Program-made: the position numbers and the translations under genes | Part shown: positions 9,482 to 20,467 of the stretch, in pieces | How the letters are laid out: every line of letters starts with the position of its first letter | Position numbering within the stretch: position 1 is the first letter of the stretch | NCBI GenBank assembly: GCA_045586685.1 | Contig: JAZNAU010000002.1 | Location: 1-64,000 of the forward strand | Direction: 5' to 3' | Length of the DNA: 64,000 nucleotides | Source: Clostridia bacterium | GTDB lineage: Bacteria; Bacillota; Clostridia; HGM11514 | Notes under the pieces: generated by a model | Told to the model about the DNA's origin: nothing | The model's input: the letters and a program-made list of their open reading frames with translations, nothing else | Databases searched by the model: none

Positions 9482-10192
9482 ATGAAGAAGATTGTATTTG
9501 AATCAGATGTATCTTTGGCATCCTTTGCCGCGGATATGGTACAAAAGCAGATAGAAAGTAAGCCTGACAGTATTTTAGGGCTGGCAACAGGCTCCACACC
9601 TTTGGGTTTGTATAAAGAATTGGCTGCAAGAAATCTGGATTTTTCCAAAATAACCGCATTTAATCTGGATGAATATTATCCTATTCAGAAAACAGATGAC
9701 CAAAGCTATGCCTATTTTATGAAGGAAAATTTGTTTAAGCATATCAATATTCGTCCCGAGCATTGCTTCATTCCAAACGGAGAAGCAAAAGATGCGGATG
9801 CTGAATGCAAGCGGTATGATGAATTACTGGAAGCTTACGGCGGTGTTGATTTACAAATTTTAGGTCTGGGAGAAAACGGTCATATCGGTTTTAATGAGCC
9901 GGATGAAGAGCTGGTTGCAGGAACCCACAAAACTTCTTTGACCCAGTCCACCATTCAAGCAAATGCAAGATTTTTTGAATCTATCGATCAGGTGCCAACC
10001 GCTGCATTGACCATGGGTATGAAAACCATTTTCAGTGCAAAAAAAATCGTTGTACTGGTCACAGGAAAGAAAAAACACGACATTGTTCATCGATTATTTG
10101 AAAAAGGTATTACAACCGATAATCCCGCTTCCTTGCTCCAACTTCATCCTGATGTGACCGTATTGGTAGATACAGAAGCCGAAGAAGGCTAA
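9482..10192 (+). CDS. nagB: Glucosamine-6-phosphate deaminase
   Basis: LGLATGSTP, FNLDEY, NGHIGFNEP. Confidence 0.96.
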   Translation: MKKIVFESDVSLASFAADMVQKQIESKPDSILGLATGSTPLGLYKELAARNLDFSKITAFNLDEYYPIQKTDDQSYAYFMKENLFKHINIRPEHCFIPNGEAKDADAECKRYDELLEAYGGVDLQILGLGENGHIGFNEPDEELVAGTHKTSLTQSTIQANARFFESIDQVPTAALTMGMKTIFSAKKIVVLVTGKKKHDIVHRLFEKGITTDNPASLLQLHPDVTVLVDTEAEEG

Positions 10193-10239
10193 GGAAATGC
10201 AGTTGTCAAGTGCACAGAACGCATATATTAAAAACACAT

Positions 10240-10273
10240 AAAAAATGCTGTGGCATATGCCACAGCATTTTTT
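10240..10273. terminator. Bidirectional terminator (perfect palindrome)
   Basis: AAAAAATGCTGTGGCA-TA-TGCCACAGCATTTTTT between convergent nagB and hydA. Confidence 0.9.
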
Positions 10274-10276
10274 CTA

Positions 10277-12013
10277 TTAGAACTTATCACGCTTTACATA
10301 AGTGGTATGAAGCAGTTCATGAGATTTGTGACCGCAAGGTTCACCGAAATACTCTTCGTACATTTTCTGTACATAAGGATTCTGGTGAGATTTACGTAAA
10401 GACAAAGATTTGTCTTCTTCATAAATCGCCGCTGCTCTTTCTGCTCTTACATCATGAGTCAGCTTGTACTTGGCACTTACAATAGGCTGACCGCCACCGT
10501 TTACGCATCCGCCGGGGCAAGCCATAATTTCAATAAAGTCTAACTGTTGTTCACCGTTTTTGATACTGTCAAGCAACTTTCTTGCATTCCCTAATCCGTG
10601 AGCAACCGCCGCTCTTAACTTCTTACCGCCAACTTCAACGGTAGCAAACTTCACACCTTCTACCCCTCTGACTGCCTCGTACTCAATTTCAGAATTATCT
10701 TTTCCGGTGAGAATATCAGCAACTGTACGGAGGGCTGCTTCCATAACACCTCCCGTTGCGCCAAAGATGGCACCGGCACCGGTAGCTTCATCCCCAAAGG
10801 GATTGTCAAATACTTCATCAGGCAGATTGACAAAATCCAAACCTGCAGTACGAATCATTTTTGCCAATTCACGAACGGTCAGAACGGCATCTACATCCTG
10901 CAATTTACCATTTGACAGTTCTTCTCTTTGCGCTTCAAATTTCTTTGCAGTACAAGGCATAACAGAAACTACATAAATCTTTTCGGGGTCAATACCCGCT
11001 TTTTCTGCATAGTAGGATTTGATAATCGCACCGTACATTTCATGAGGAGATTTACACGAAGACAGATTATTCAAAAATTCCGGATAATTGTGTTCACAGA
11101 ATTTAACCCAACCGGGGCTACAGGAAGTAATCAAAGGCAGATTTTCTCCCTTTTCCAACCGATGCAAAAGCTCTGTTCCTTCTTCCATAATGGTAACATC
11201 TGCTGCGGTATTGGTATCAAACACCTTATCAAAGCCCAAACGTTTCAAAGCAGCAACCATTTTTCCTGTTACACGGGTTCCTACGGGCAATCCGAACTCT
11301 TCTCCCAAGCCCACACGAACAGCAGGAGCAGGCTGGACCACTACATACTTGTCTTCATCCGCCAGAGCTTTCCATACCTGAGCAATACTGTCTTTTTCAG
11401 TTAATGCACCTACAGGGCAAGCTGTAATACACTGACCGCAGTTTACACAGTTTACATCTGCCAAAGATTTTTCAAAGGCAGGAGAAACGCGGGTTGCAAA
11501 ACCTCTTTCGATTGCATCAATGGCACCAACGGTCTGCACATTTTTACAAACACCGATACAACGGCGACACAATACGCACTTGTTGGAATCACGAACAATA
11601 GAAGCGGATTTATCATCCTTTTCATAATGAATGTTCTTGCCTTCAAACCGTTCTGCATCAATCCCAAATTCTTCAGCCAAAGACTGAAGTTCGCAGTTTT
11701 GATTTCTGACACAGCTCAAGCACTTCTTTTCGTGGTTGGACAGAATCAGCTCCAAAGTAATTTTTCTTGCCTCGCGCACCTTAGGGGTGTTGGTCAGAAC
11801 TTCCATTCCTTCGCTGACAGGATATACGCAAGCCGCAGCCAAACCACGGGCACCCTTTACCTCCACCACACAAATCCGACAGGCACCGATTTTGTTGGCA
11901 TCTTTCAGATAACAAAGGGTAGGAATATCTATATTGGCATATTTGGCAGCTTCTAAAATGGTGCTGCCTTCGGGAACGCTGACGCTAATCCCGTTAATTG
12001 TAAGATTCACCAT
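10277..12013 (-). CDS. hydA: [FeFe] hydrogenase catalytic subunit (group A3, HydA/HndD)
   Basis: H-cluster motifs TSCSPGW, MPCTAKK.E, EIMACPGGC; N-terminal 2Fe-2S and 4Fe-4S domains. Confidence 0.95.
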   Translation of the reverse strand: MVNLTINGISVSVPEGSTILEAAKYANIDIPTLCYLKDANKIGACRICVVEVKGARGLAAACVYPVSEGMEVLTNTPKVREARKITLELILSNHEKKCLSCVRNQNCELQSLAEEFGIDAERFEGKNIHYEKDDKSASIVRDSNKCVLCRRCIGVCKNVQTVGAIDAIERGFATRVSPAFEKSLADVNCVNCGQCITACPVGALTEKDSIAQVWKALADEDKYVVVQPAPAVRVGLGEEFGLPVGTRVTGKMVAALKRLGFDKVFDTNTAADVTIMEEGTELLHRLEKGENLPLITSCSPGWVKFCEHNYPEFLNNLSSCKSPHEMYGAIIKSYYAEKAGIDPEKIYVVSVMPCTAKKFEAQREELSNGKLQDVDAVLTVRELAKMIRTAGLDFVNLPDEVFDNPFGDEATGAGAIFGATGGVMEAALRTVADILTGKDNSEIEYEAVRGVEGVKFATVEVGGKKLRAAVAHGLGNARKLLDSIKNGEQQLDFIEIMACPGGCVNGGGQPIVSAKYKLTHDVRAERAAAIYEEDKSLSLRKSHQNPYVQKMYEEYFGEPCGHKSHELLHTTYVKRDKF

Positions 12014-12028
12014 GATTCATTCTCCTCC

Positions 12029-13906
12029 TTACTGTTTGGAAATAGCGTTAAACTTACACTTACTCATACAAACGCCGCACTTAATACATTTATCCGTATC
12101 AATGGTGTAAGGGTTCTTAATTTCACCGGAAATGGCATCCACAGGACAATTTCTCGCACACAAGCTGCAGCCCTTACATTTTTCAGGATCAATGGTGTAG
12201 GACAATAATGCTTTACAAATACCTGCAGGACATTTCTTGTCTACAACGTGAGCGATATATTCATCTCTGAAATACTGCAGTGTGCTAAGTACGGGGTTAG
12301 GTGCTGTCTGACCCAGACCGCACATAGCAGAAGTCTTAATGGCATATGCCAATTCTTCCAATCTGTCCAAATCTTCCAAAGTACCCTTACCTTCAGTAAT
12401 CTTTTCCAAAATTTCATACATTCTCTTGGTACCGATACGACAGGGTGTACACTTACCGCAGGATTCATCCACTGTAAATGCCAAGAAGAATTTTGCAATG
12501 TCAACCATACAGTTATCTTCATCCATAACAATCAGACCACCGCTACCCATCATGGAACCGATGCTCATGAGAGAATCATAATCAATGGGAGTATCAATCA
12601 GGGATGCAGGAATACATCCGCCTGAAGGTCCGCCTGTTTGAGCTGCTTTAAATTTCTTTCCGCCGGGAATACCGCCGCCGATTTCTTCAACAATTTCCCG
12701 CATGGTGGTTCCCATAGGAATTTCAACCAGACCGGTATTATGAATCTTACCGCCCAGAGCGAACACCTTGGTACCCTTACTCTTTTCAGTACCCATAGAG
12801 GTATACCATTCTGCACCGTTTAAAATAATCTGGCAGATATTGGCATAGGTTTCTACGTTGTTCAGCAACGTAGGTTTTTCCCACAGACCCTTTACAGCAG
12901 GGAATGGAGGACGGGGACGGGGTTCACCGCGATTTCCTTCAATGGATGTCATAAGAGCCGTTTCTTCACCGCATACAAACGCACCGGCACCCAGACGGAT
13001 TCCCAGATGGAAAGAAAAGTCCGTTCCCATAATATTGTCACCCAGAACACCGTATTCTTCTGCCTGAGCAATCGCAATTTTCAATCTGTTTACCGCAATA
13101 GGATATTCTGCACGGATATAAATATACCCTTCATCAGAACCGATTGCATAAGCCGCAATCGCCATTGCTTCAATAACGCTGTGAGGATCCCCCTCCAGCA
13201 CGCTTCTGTCCATAAATGCACCGGGGTCGCCTTCGTCTGCGTTACAGCATACATACTTTTTGTCATTAACAGAGTTTGCAGCAAACTGCCACTTCATCCC
13301 TGTAGGGAAGCCGGCACCGCCACGACCTCTCAAACCGGAGTCTTTAATAATATCAATAACCTGCTGAGGTTCATATTCTGTTAGCACTTTTTCCAGTGCT
13401 TTATACCCGTCCATTGCAATGTATTCATCAATACATTCCGGATCGATAGCACCGCAGTTACGCAACGCAATTCTGTTCTGCTTTGCATAGAAGGGAACCT
13501 GATTCAAGGGCTTTACAGAACCATCCTCCTGAATGGTTTCTTCATACAGCAATTCTTTTACCGGTTCACCCTTGCCGATATGCTGAGCAACAATCTTTTC
13601 AATATCCTCAACACTCACACGGCTGTAAAAAGAACCGGAAGGATAAACGACCACGATTGGGCCCAGAGCACAAAGTCCAAAACAACCGGTCAGAACAACA
13701 GATACACCCTGTTCCAAATTTTGTTTTTTTAATTCTTCTTCAAATTTTTTCTGAATTTTCAAAGAATCGGAGGACTGACAGCCAGTACCGCCACAGACCA
13801 AAATGTGGGCTTTCACATCATCCGGTTTTTTGGTTTTATCTTTCCGCAATGCAATCTCAGCATATTTCTTCGCACGAATCGCATCAATTTCAGCTATGCT
13901 TTTCAT
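12029..13906 (-). CDS. hydB: NuoF-like FMN/NADH subunit of [FeFe] hydrogenase (HydB)
   Basis: GRGGAGFPTG, ADEGDPGAFM, CGEETAL, GGPSG, two C-terminal 4Fe-4S; GGGAGG RBS before ATG 13906. Confidence 0.93.
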   Translation of the reverse strand: MKSIAEIDAIRAKKYAEIALRKDKTKKPDDVKAHILVCGGTGCQSSDSLKIQKKFEEELKKQNLEQGVSVVLTGCFGLCALGPIVVVYPSGSFYSRVSVEDIEKIVAQHIGKGEPVKELLYEETIQEDGSVKPLNQVPFYAKQNRIALRNCGAIDPECIDEYIAMDGYKALEKVLTEYEPQQVIDIIKDSGLRGRGGAGFPTGMKWQFAANSVNDKKYVCCNADEGDPGAFMDRSVLEGDPHSVIEAMAIAAYAIGSDEGYIYIRAEYPIAVNRLKIAIAQAEEYGVLGDNIMGTDFSFHLGIRLGAGAFVCGEETALMTSIEGNRGEPRPRPPFPAVKGLWEKPTLLNNVETYANICQIILNGAEWYTSMGTEKSKGTKVFALGGKIHNTGLVEIPMGTTMREIVEEIGGGIPGGKKFKAAQTGGPSGGCIPASLIDTPIDYDSLMSIGSMMGSGGLIVMDEDNCMVDIAKFFLAFTVDESCGKCTPCRIGTKRMYEILEKITEGKGTLEDLDRLEELAYAIKTSAMCGLGQTAPNPVLSTLQYFRDEYIAHVVDKKCPAGICKALLSYTIDPEKCKGCSLCARNCPVDAISGEIKNPYTIDTDKCIKCGVCMSKCKFNAISKQ

Positions 13907-13922
13907 TGAAAAACCCTCCCTA

Positions 13923-14414
13923 TTACACATATTTCTTCATAATATCGTCAACATCATGCTTGGTCAATCTGCCGTATACTTCGTCATTTACTGTCAGAAC
14001 GGGAGCCAGACCGCAAGCACCGATACATCTGGTTGCTTCCAGAGAATACTTGGCATCGGGGGTGCACTGACCCACATCAATACCCAGTTTGTTTTTAAAT
14101 TCATCCAGAATATCTCCGGAACCCTTTACATAACAGGCAGTTCCCAGACAGATTGCAATATGATACTGTCCTTTCGGTTCCAGCTGAAATTGCGTATAAA
14201 AGGTTACAATACCATATACTTCAGACAACGGAACACCCAAGCCGTCAGCAATCATGGTCTGCACTTCAATGGGCAGATATCCGTAAATTTCCTGTGCTTC
14301 ATGCAAAACCGGAATTAAGGCGCCTTTTTCATCCTTGTGGCTTTGAATTACCGCCTTCAGCTGTTCCTCCTGCTGAGGAGTACCCTGAAACGGAACTGTC
14401 TTTTTTTCGCTCAT
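13923..14414 (-). CDS. hydC: NuoE-like 2Fe-2S subunit (HydC)
   Basis: CLGTACYVKG, CIGACGLAP. Confidence 0.93.
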   Translation of the reverse strand: MSEKKTVPFQGTPQQEEQLKAVIQSHKDEKGALIPVLHEAQEIYGYLPIEVQTMIADGLGVPLSEVYGIVTFYTQFQLEPKGQYHIAICLGTACYVKGSGDILDEFKNKLGIDVGQCTPDAKYSLEATRCIGACGLAPVLTVNDEVYGRLTKHDVDDIMKKYV

Positions 14415-14679
14415 TCGCTTACAACTCCTATACTTAAAAATTCATACTAATAAAGGGATTGCTCCCTGGCTTTTCTCATTATATCATAAGCAAAAGAAAA
14501 AATCTATAGTTTTTTGATAAATTTTTAACTTTTTTTCAAAAAGGACAAGAATCTTTCTCTTTTCAGCCTTTTTTTCACAAATTTTGTCGTATTTCTTTTC
14601 AAAAGCATCTCGACAAACAGGATAAAATGGTGTATAATAAAATAAGATATGATAAATAAACTGTTGGGGAGGGGTTTTC

Positions 14680-15588
14680 ATGGCATCCTTTTTCAATACA
14701 AAAAAAGCATTGCTTCTTGTCAATCCCGTTTCGGGAAAATTAAAAGCAAAATCAACGCTGTTTGATATGATTTTGGTGTTAAACCGCCAAAATATTCAAA
14801 CCACGGTACAAATTACTCAAGGGAAGGGCCATGCAGCACAGGCAACAAAAGAAGCAGGTGAAACCGGATTTAATATGGTCATCTGTTGCGGCGGCGACGG
14901 TACCCTGAATGAAACGATTACCGGTATGATGAAAGCGAAGAAAAAGCTACCCATAGGGTACATTCCCACCGGAAGCACCAATGATTTTGCGAACAGCATG
15001 GGCATATCATCAATCCCCACAGAGGCAGCCGAACAAATTGCAAAACTTTGTCCCGTACCGGTTGACATCGGTCAGTTTGATGGGAACCGCTATTTTGCAT
15101 ACATTGCTTCCTTCGGCATCTTCACTTCTGTATCCTACAGCACTCCTCAGGCAACCAAAAACATTCTCGGGCACTTGGCATATGTACTGGAAGGAGTCAA
15201 GGATTTGACGAAGATTCAATCTCATCATGTTGTTGCCCAAACAAAAACCAATCGGTATGAAGGGGATTATATTTTTGGTGCGGTGTGTAATACTACCTCT
15301 GTGGCGGGTATTGTAAAAATTGCCCCCGATCTGGTTGCCACGAACGACGGGTTGTTTGAAGTTCTTTTGATAAAAATGCCTAAAAATCCCGCAGAACTCC
15401 ATAAAATAGTCATGGGGCTTACCTTTTCTGATTTCAGTGATGAGATGTTTGAATTTTTTAAAACCGAAGAGATACAGTTTGACACCAATCCTGATCTTGG
15501 TTGGACACTGGACGGAGAATTTGCCTCTGTTGAGGACGGAACCGCCGTCATCAAAAATCTTCATCAAGCAATTTCGGTTTATGTATAG
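14680..15588 (+). CDS. Diacylglycerol kinase family lipid kinase (YegS/DgkB-like)
   Basis: NPVSG, GGDGTLNE, PTGSTNDFA. Confidence 0.9.
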   Translation: MASFFNTKKALLLVNPVSGKLKAKSTLFDMILVLNRQNIQTTVQITQGKGHAAQATKEAGETGFNMVICCGGDGTLNETITGMMKAKKKLPIGYIPTGSTNDFANSMGISSIPTEAAEQIAKLCPVPVDIGQFDGNRYFAYIASFGIFTSVSYSTPQATKNILGHLAYVLEGVKDLTKIQSHHVVAQTKTNRYEGDYIFGAVCNTTSVAGIVKIAPDLVATNDGLFEVLLIKMPKNPAELHKIVMGLTFSDFSDEMFEFFKTEEIQFDTNPDLGWTLDGEFASVEDGTAVIKNLHQAISVYV

Positions 15589-15596
15589 GAGACATT

Positions 15597-16136
15597 ATGA
15601 AGGAATTATTTCTGTTGTTTTCAGTATTTGCTAAAATCGGTGCCGTCACTTTTGGCGGAGGTTATGCTATGCTGCCCATTTTACAGCGTGAAATTGTGGA
15701 CAAACGCGGTTGGGCAACCGAATCAGAGCTTTTGGATTATTATGCCATCGGTCAATGTACTCCGGGAGTAATTGCAGTTAACGTGGCCACCTTTGTAGGA
15801 TATCAAAAAAAGGGGATTTGGGGCAGTATTCTTGCAACATTGGGCGTTATTTCTCCCTCTATTTTTATGATTATCGTTATCACTGCCTGTCTGCAGAATT
15901 TTACAGAATACAAAATGGTACAGCACGCCCTTTCAGGAATCCGTGTGTGCGTTTGCGTTTTGATTTTTCAGGCAGTAGTGAAAATGTGGAACAAAGCGGT
16001 GGTGGATAAAGCTGCCCTCGGTTTATTTTTCGTTGCTTTAGGATTGGCTCTTTTCAGTCCCTTACCTGTTGCACTGTTGGTAATAGCAGCAGGATTTGCC
16101 GGCTGGAGCATTCAAAAAATAAAGGGAGGGAAATAA
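15597..16136 (+). CDS. Short-chain chromate transporter (ChrA family) subunit 1
   Basis: FGGGYAM, QCTPG. Confidence 0.9.
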   Translation: MKELFLLFSVFAKIGAVTFGGGYAMLPILQREIVDKRGWATESELLDYYAIGQCTPGVIAVNVATFVGYQKKGIWGSILATLGVISPSIFMIIVITACLQNFTEYKMVQHALSGIRVCVCVLIFQAVVKMWNKAVVDKAALGLFFVALGLALFSPLPVALLVIAAGFAGWSIQKIKGGK

Positions 16137-16139
16137 GCC

Positions 16140-16679
16140 ATGCTTTATCTGGAACTGTTTGTGGAATTTTTTAAGATTGGCTTGTTTTCTGTGGGCGGGG
16201 GTTTGGCAACCCTTCCCTTTTTTCAGGAGCTTGCCCAAAAAAAAGATTGGATTAACGTAGAAGATATCTCCAACATGATTGCCGTATCCGAATCCACCCC
16301 CGGCCCTTTGGGAATCAACATGGCCAGCTTTGCTGGATTTTTGCAGTCCGGTGTATCAGGGGCAGTTGTCGCCTCTCTTTCTCTGGTACTGCCCTCGGTC
16401 ATAATTATTTTAATCATTGCCCGTGTTCTGGAAAAGTTTAGAAATAACCAAACAGTACAACATATTTTTTACGGTCTTCGCCCCGCCTCCGCCGCATTGA
16501 TTGCAGTGGCAGGATGGGAAGTGGCAAGAATTACCTTTTTCGGTACGTCATTTTCCGATTTTCTTTGGAAAAATATCTTGCTTGCAGTTGCAATCTGGAT
16601 TGTATTAAAGAAAACAAAATGGCATCCTGTCGTTTTAATCACCGCATCTGCGGTCATAGGAATTTTATTTCAATTTTAA
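16140..16679 (+). CDS. Short-chain chromate transporter (ChrA family) subunit 2
   Basis: VGGGLA, ESTPGP; tandem paralogue. Confidence 0.9.
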   Translation: MLYLELFVEFFKIGLFSVGGGLATLPFFQELAQKKDWINVEDISNMIAVSESTPGPLGINMASFAGFLQSGVSGAVVASLSLVLPSVIIILIIARVLEKFRNNQTVQHIFYGLRPASAALIAVAGWEVARITFFGTSFSDFLWKNILLAVAIWIVLKKTKWHPVVLITASAVIGILFQF

Positions 16680-16694
16680 AGGAGTTAATGAAAC

Positions 16695-17516
16695 ATGAGC
16701 GAATGTACACACAACTGTGAAACTTGTGGAGCAGATTGTTCCTCCCGTCAGGCAGAAAGTCTGATGGAGCAACCCCATGAGCTGTCCCAAATTAAAAAAG
16801 TGATAGGCGTTGTCAGCGGTAAGGGCGGTGTAGGAAAATCTATGGTAACCTCTCTTTTGGCAGTTGCAATGCAAAGAAAAGGCTATCAAACTGCTATTTT
16901 AGATGCTGATATTACAGGCCCCTCCATCCCCAAAGCCTTCGGGGTCAATACCCGTGCAAAGGGAAGCGAGCAAGGCTTATATCCCAACCTGACCACCACG
17001 GGAATTGAAATTATGTCTGTCAATCTGTTACTGGAAAACGACACCGATCCGGTTGTCTGGCGAGGTCCTGTCATTGCGGGCACAGTAAAGCAATTCTGGA
17101 CGGACGTAATCTGGGAAGATGTTGACTATATGTTTGTGGACATGCCTCCCGGAACAGGTGACGTTCCTTTGACAGTATTTCAATCCTTGCCGGTAGACGG
17201 CATTATTGTGGTCACCTCTCCTCAGGAGCTGGTTGGTATGATTGTGGAAAAGGCAGTAAAAATGGCAGAGCTGATGAACATTCCTGTGTTGGGACTTGTA
17301 GAAAATATGTCCTATTTCACCTGTCCTGACTGCAATAAAAAACACTTTATCTACGGAGAAAGTCACTTGGAAGAAATTGCAAAAAAACATCAGATTTCCG
17401 CAATTGGACGTCTTCCCATTGATCCGGAATTGGCAAAGCTATGTGACACCGGTGACATTGAATTTGTTCACGGGGATTTACTTCCTGAAATTGCTAATGC
17501 GCTGGAAACCAAATAA
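16695..17516 (+). CDS. Mrp/NBP35 Fe-S cluster carrier ATPase
   Basis: GKGGVGKS, DADITGPS, DMPPGTGD, ENMS..CPDC, N-terminal Cys cluster. Confidence 0.93.
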   Translation: MSECTHNCETCGADCSSRQAESLMEQPHELSQIKKVIGVVSGKGGVGKSMVTSLLAVAMQRKGYQTAILDADITGPSIPKAFGVNTRAKGSEQGLYPNLTTTGIEIMSVNLLLENDTDPVVWRGPVIAGTVKQFWTDVIWEDVDYMFVDMPPGTGDVPLTVFQSLPVDGIIVVTSPQELVGMIVEKAVKMAELMNIPVLGLVENMSYFTCPDCNKKHFIYGESHLEEIAKKHQISAIGRLPIDPELAKLCDTGDIEFVHGDLLPEIANALETK

Positions 17517-17590
17517 CAAATTTTTCCTTGCTATTTGTCTCCTATTGTGATATAATAATATGAAGTGATTTATGGAAAGGACGATACAAT

Positions 17591-18598
17591 ATGCCAAAAA
17601 CAGTGATTCCTTCAGGCTACCGGCCACCGCTGAATAACTATGATATGCAAAGAGCCATTGCCTTTATCAAAACCACCTTTCAGAAGGAGTTTTCCGAAGC
17701 ATTAAATTTAAAGCGTGTTTCCGCACCTTTATTTGTGACCGAGGAATCCGGTTTGAATGACAATCTGAACGGCTATGAGCGTCCTGTTTCCTTTGATATT
17801 CCCGCAGTGGGAAGTGAAGCTCAAATTGTTCACTCTCTTGCAAAATGGAAAAGGCTGGCATTAAAGCGGTATCATTTTTCAGTAGGAGAAGGGCTTTACA
17901 CCGATATGAACGCCATCCGCAGAGATGAGGAGCTTGACAATATTCATTCCATTTATGTTGATCAATGGGACTGGGAAAAAATTATTACCCGAGAAAAACG
18001 AAATACCGAATATTTAAAAAAGGTGGTAAGGTCGATTGTAGAGGCCATTTGTGACACCAATGACCGTCTTCACACCAATTATCCCCAGTTAAGCACCAAT
18101 TTGAACCGTGAGGTTGCGTTTATCACAACACAGGAGTTAGAGGATTTATATCCCCATTTGAATGCCTCCCAGCGTGAAAACGCCTTTGTCAAGGAGCATA
18201 AAACGGCATTCATTATGCAGATCGGGGGAGCATTAAAATCCGGCAAACCCCACGATGGTCGGGCACCGGACTATGACGACTGGCAGTTAAACGGAGATAT
18301 TTTCTTCTGGAATGATACCTTGGAACGTGCCTTTGAAATTTCTTCCATGGGAATTCGGGTTGACGCCCAATCTCTGGACAGACAGCTCAACATCACCGGC
18401 TGTAATGAAAGAAGAAGCTTGACCTTCCATAAACTGCTGTTAGACAATCAACTTCCTTTAACCATCGGTGGGGGAATCGGTCAGTCCAGACTTTGTATGC
18501 TTATGCTGGGCTGTGCTCATATCGGCGAGGTGCAATCAAGCATCTGGGACGAAACAACAATCAATGCCTGTGAACAGGCTGGAATTACATTACTGTAA
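17591..18598 (+). CDS. asnA: Aspartate-ammonia ligase
   Basis: VHSLAKWKR, VDQWDWE, RAPDYDDW, GGGIGQSR. Confidence 0.97.
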   Translation: MPKTVIPSGYRPPLNNYDMQRAIAFIKTTFQKEFSEALNLKRVSAPLFVTEESGLNDNLNGYERPVSFDIPAVGSEAQIVHSLAKWKRLALKRYHFSVGEGLYTDMNAIRRDEELDNIHSIYVDQWDWEKIITREKRNTEYLKKVVRSIVEAICDTNDRLHTNYPQLSTNLNREVAFITTQELEDLYPHLNASQRENAFVKEHKTAFIMQIGGALKSGKPHDGRAPDYDDWQLNGDIFFWNDTLERAFEISSMGIRVDAQSLDRQLNITGCNERRSLTFHKLLLDNQLPLTIGGGIGQSRLCMLMLGCAHIGEVQSSIWDETTINACEQAGITLL

Positions 18599-18625
18599 AT
18601 ACTATGATAAATGGAGGAAGGATTT

Positions 18626-20014
18626 GTGAAAACAACTGTCAAATCTCTTTTTGCCAATCCGGAACAGTTTGCAGACAAAAAAATCTCAGTTTCCGGTTGG
18701 GTAAGAACCATCCGTTCATCCAATGTGTTCGGATTTATCGAAATCAATGATGGAACCTTTTTTAAAAACATACAGGTAGTTTTTGAAAGCGAAATTCTTG
18801 AAAATTACAAGGAAATTGCTTCTATGAACGTAGGAGCGGCCTTGAATATTACAGGAACCTTTGTCCTGACACCTGATGCCAAACAGCCTTTTGAGTTAAA
18901 GGCAACCGCCATTGACGTAGAGGGCACCTCAACCCCTGATTATCCTCTGCAGAAAAAACGGCATTCTCTGGAGTTTTTAAGAAGCATTGCTTACTTACGT
19001 CCCAGAACCAATACCTTCTCTGCAGTGTTCAGGGTAAGAAGCTTGGCGGCTTACGCAATCCATAAATTTTTTAACGAAAGAGAATTTGTGTACGTACACA
19101 CTCCCATTATTACAGGAAGCGACTGTGAAGGTGCGGGAGAAATGTTCCGAGTTACCACCATGGATATGGAAAATCTCCCCATGGCTGACGGAAAACCTGA
19201 TTTTTCTCAGGACTTTTTTGGAAAGAGTGCAAACCTGACTGTAAGCGGTCAGCTGAGTGCCGAAACCTATGCAATGGCATTCAGAAATGTTTACACCTTT
19301 GGTCCTACCTTCAGAGCAGAAAATTCTAACACCACCCGTCACGCTGCGGAATTCTGGATGATTGAGCCAGAAATTGCCTTTGCCGATTTGAATGACGATA
19401 TGGCATTAGCAGAAGATATGCTGAAATTTGTTATCAACTACGTGATGGAAAACGCTCCTGAGGAGTTGGAATTCTTTAATAATTTTGTAGATAAGGGTCT
19501 GATTGAACGGTTACAGGGCGTGGTAAACTCTGATTTTGGCAGAGTCACTTATACCGAAGCAATCGAAATTCTGAAAAAGAACAATGCTAATTTTGAATAC
19601 CCTGTTGAATGGGGAAGCGATTTGCAGACAGAGCATGAACGGTATCTGACAGAGGTTGTCTTTAAAAAGCCCGTTTTTGTTACCGATTATCCTAAGGAAA
19701 TTAAGGCTTTTTATATGCGATTGAACGAAGACGGAAAGACGGTTGCTGCAATGGATTGTCTGGTTCCCGGTATCGGCGAAATTATTGGCGGAAGTCAAAG
19801 GGAAGAGCGGTATGATGTACTGTCTGCCCGCATGAAGGAACTGGGACTGAATGAGGAAGATTACTGGTGGTATATGGACTTGAGAAAGTTTGGTGGCACC
19901 AAGCACGCAGGCTTTGGTCTGGGCTTCGAACGGGCAATTATGTATCTGACCGGTATGTCTAACATTCGTGATGTTGTTCCCTATCCAAGAACGGTGGGAA
20001 ATGCCGAATTTTAA
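18626..20014 (+). CDS. asnS: Asparagine-tRNA ligase
   Basis: [36 protein letters not shown]; GTG start after GGAGG. Confidence 0.97.
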   Translation: MKTTVKSLFANPEQFADKKISVSGWVRTIRSSNVFGFIEINDGTFFKNIQVVFESEILENYKEIASMNVGAALNITGTFVLTPDAKQPFELKATAIDVEGTSTPDYPLQKKRHSLEFLRSIAYLRPRTNTFSAVFRVRSLAAYAIHKFFNEREFVYVHTPIITGSDCEGAGEMFRVTTMDMENLPMADGKPDFSQDFFGKSANLTVSGQLSAETYAMAFRNVYTFGPTFRAENSNTTRHAAEFWMIEPEIAFADLNDDMALAEDMLKFVINYVMENAPEELEFFNNFVDKGLIERLQGVVNSDFGRVTYTEAIEILKKNNANFEYPVEWGSDLQTEHERYLTEVVFKKPVFVTDYPKEIKAFYMRLNEDGKTVAAMDCLVPGIGEIIGGSQREERYDVLSARMKELGLNEEDYWWYMDLRKFGGTKHAGFGLGFERAIMYLTGMSNIRDVVPYPRTVGNAEF

Positions 20015-20026
20015 TTAAAAAATACT

Positions 20027-20061
20027 AAATATGGGTGTAGCATTTTGCTACACCCATTTTT
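20027..20061. terminator. Terminator between asnS and rnpB
   Basis: ATGGGTGTAGCA / TGCTACACCCAT + T-run. Confidence 0.85.
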
Positions 20062-20065
20062 GGTA

Positions 20066-20426
20066 TGAGTAAGTCTATAAGCCGAGTTCTGTATTTGACA
20101 GTCATCTATCTAGGCCGCATATTTCTATACGGCTCAAGCCACGTCACGGAATCAATTACGCCGGGCAAGCGCGCATCAATCGATGCCTTCCGTATCAGTG
20201 TTGCACCAGGTGGGGTTTACATGGCCGGACGGTCTCCCGCCCGCCGGTGAGCTCTTACCTCGCCTTTCCATCCTTGCTTGCAATATAAAATTGCGTCAGC
20301 GGTTTCTTTCTGTTGCACTTTCCTTAGAGTCGCCTCCACCGGGAGTTACCCGGCACCCTGCCCTATGGAGCTCGGACTTTCCTCATTCGTGCCCATAGGC
20401 ACGCCCGCGACTGTCTGGCTTACTCA
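20066..20426 (-). ncRNA. rnpB: RNase P RNA (type A)
   Basis: Minus strand GAGGAAAGTCCGAGCTCC...ACAGAACTCGGCTTAT; P1 helix TGAGTAAG/CTTACTCA; promoter TTGACT-17-TATAAT at 20436-20464. Confidence 0.97.
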
Positions 20427-20467
20427 CAGTTTTTTATTATAGCATAAATATTGATAAAAGTCAAACT

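Noticed and set aside
3273-14318. Long antisense or overlapping ORFs (for example 3273-4157, 10928-11404, 13483-14070)
   Set aside because: Shadows of well-conserved genes; no RBS or recognisable motifs
17517-18625. T-box leader for asnA or asnS
   Set aside because: Spacers too short and no T-box motif
20065-20398. Two short plus-strand ORFs
   Set aside because: Antisense to RNase P RNA
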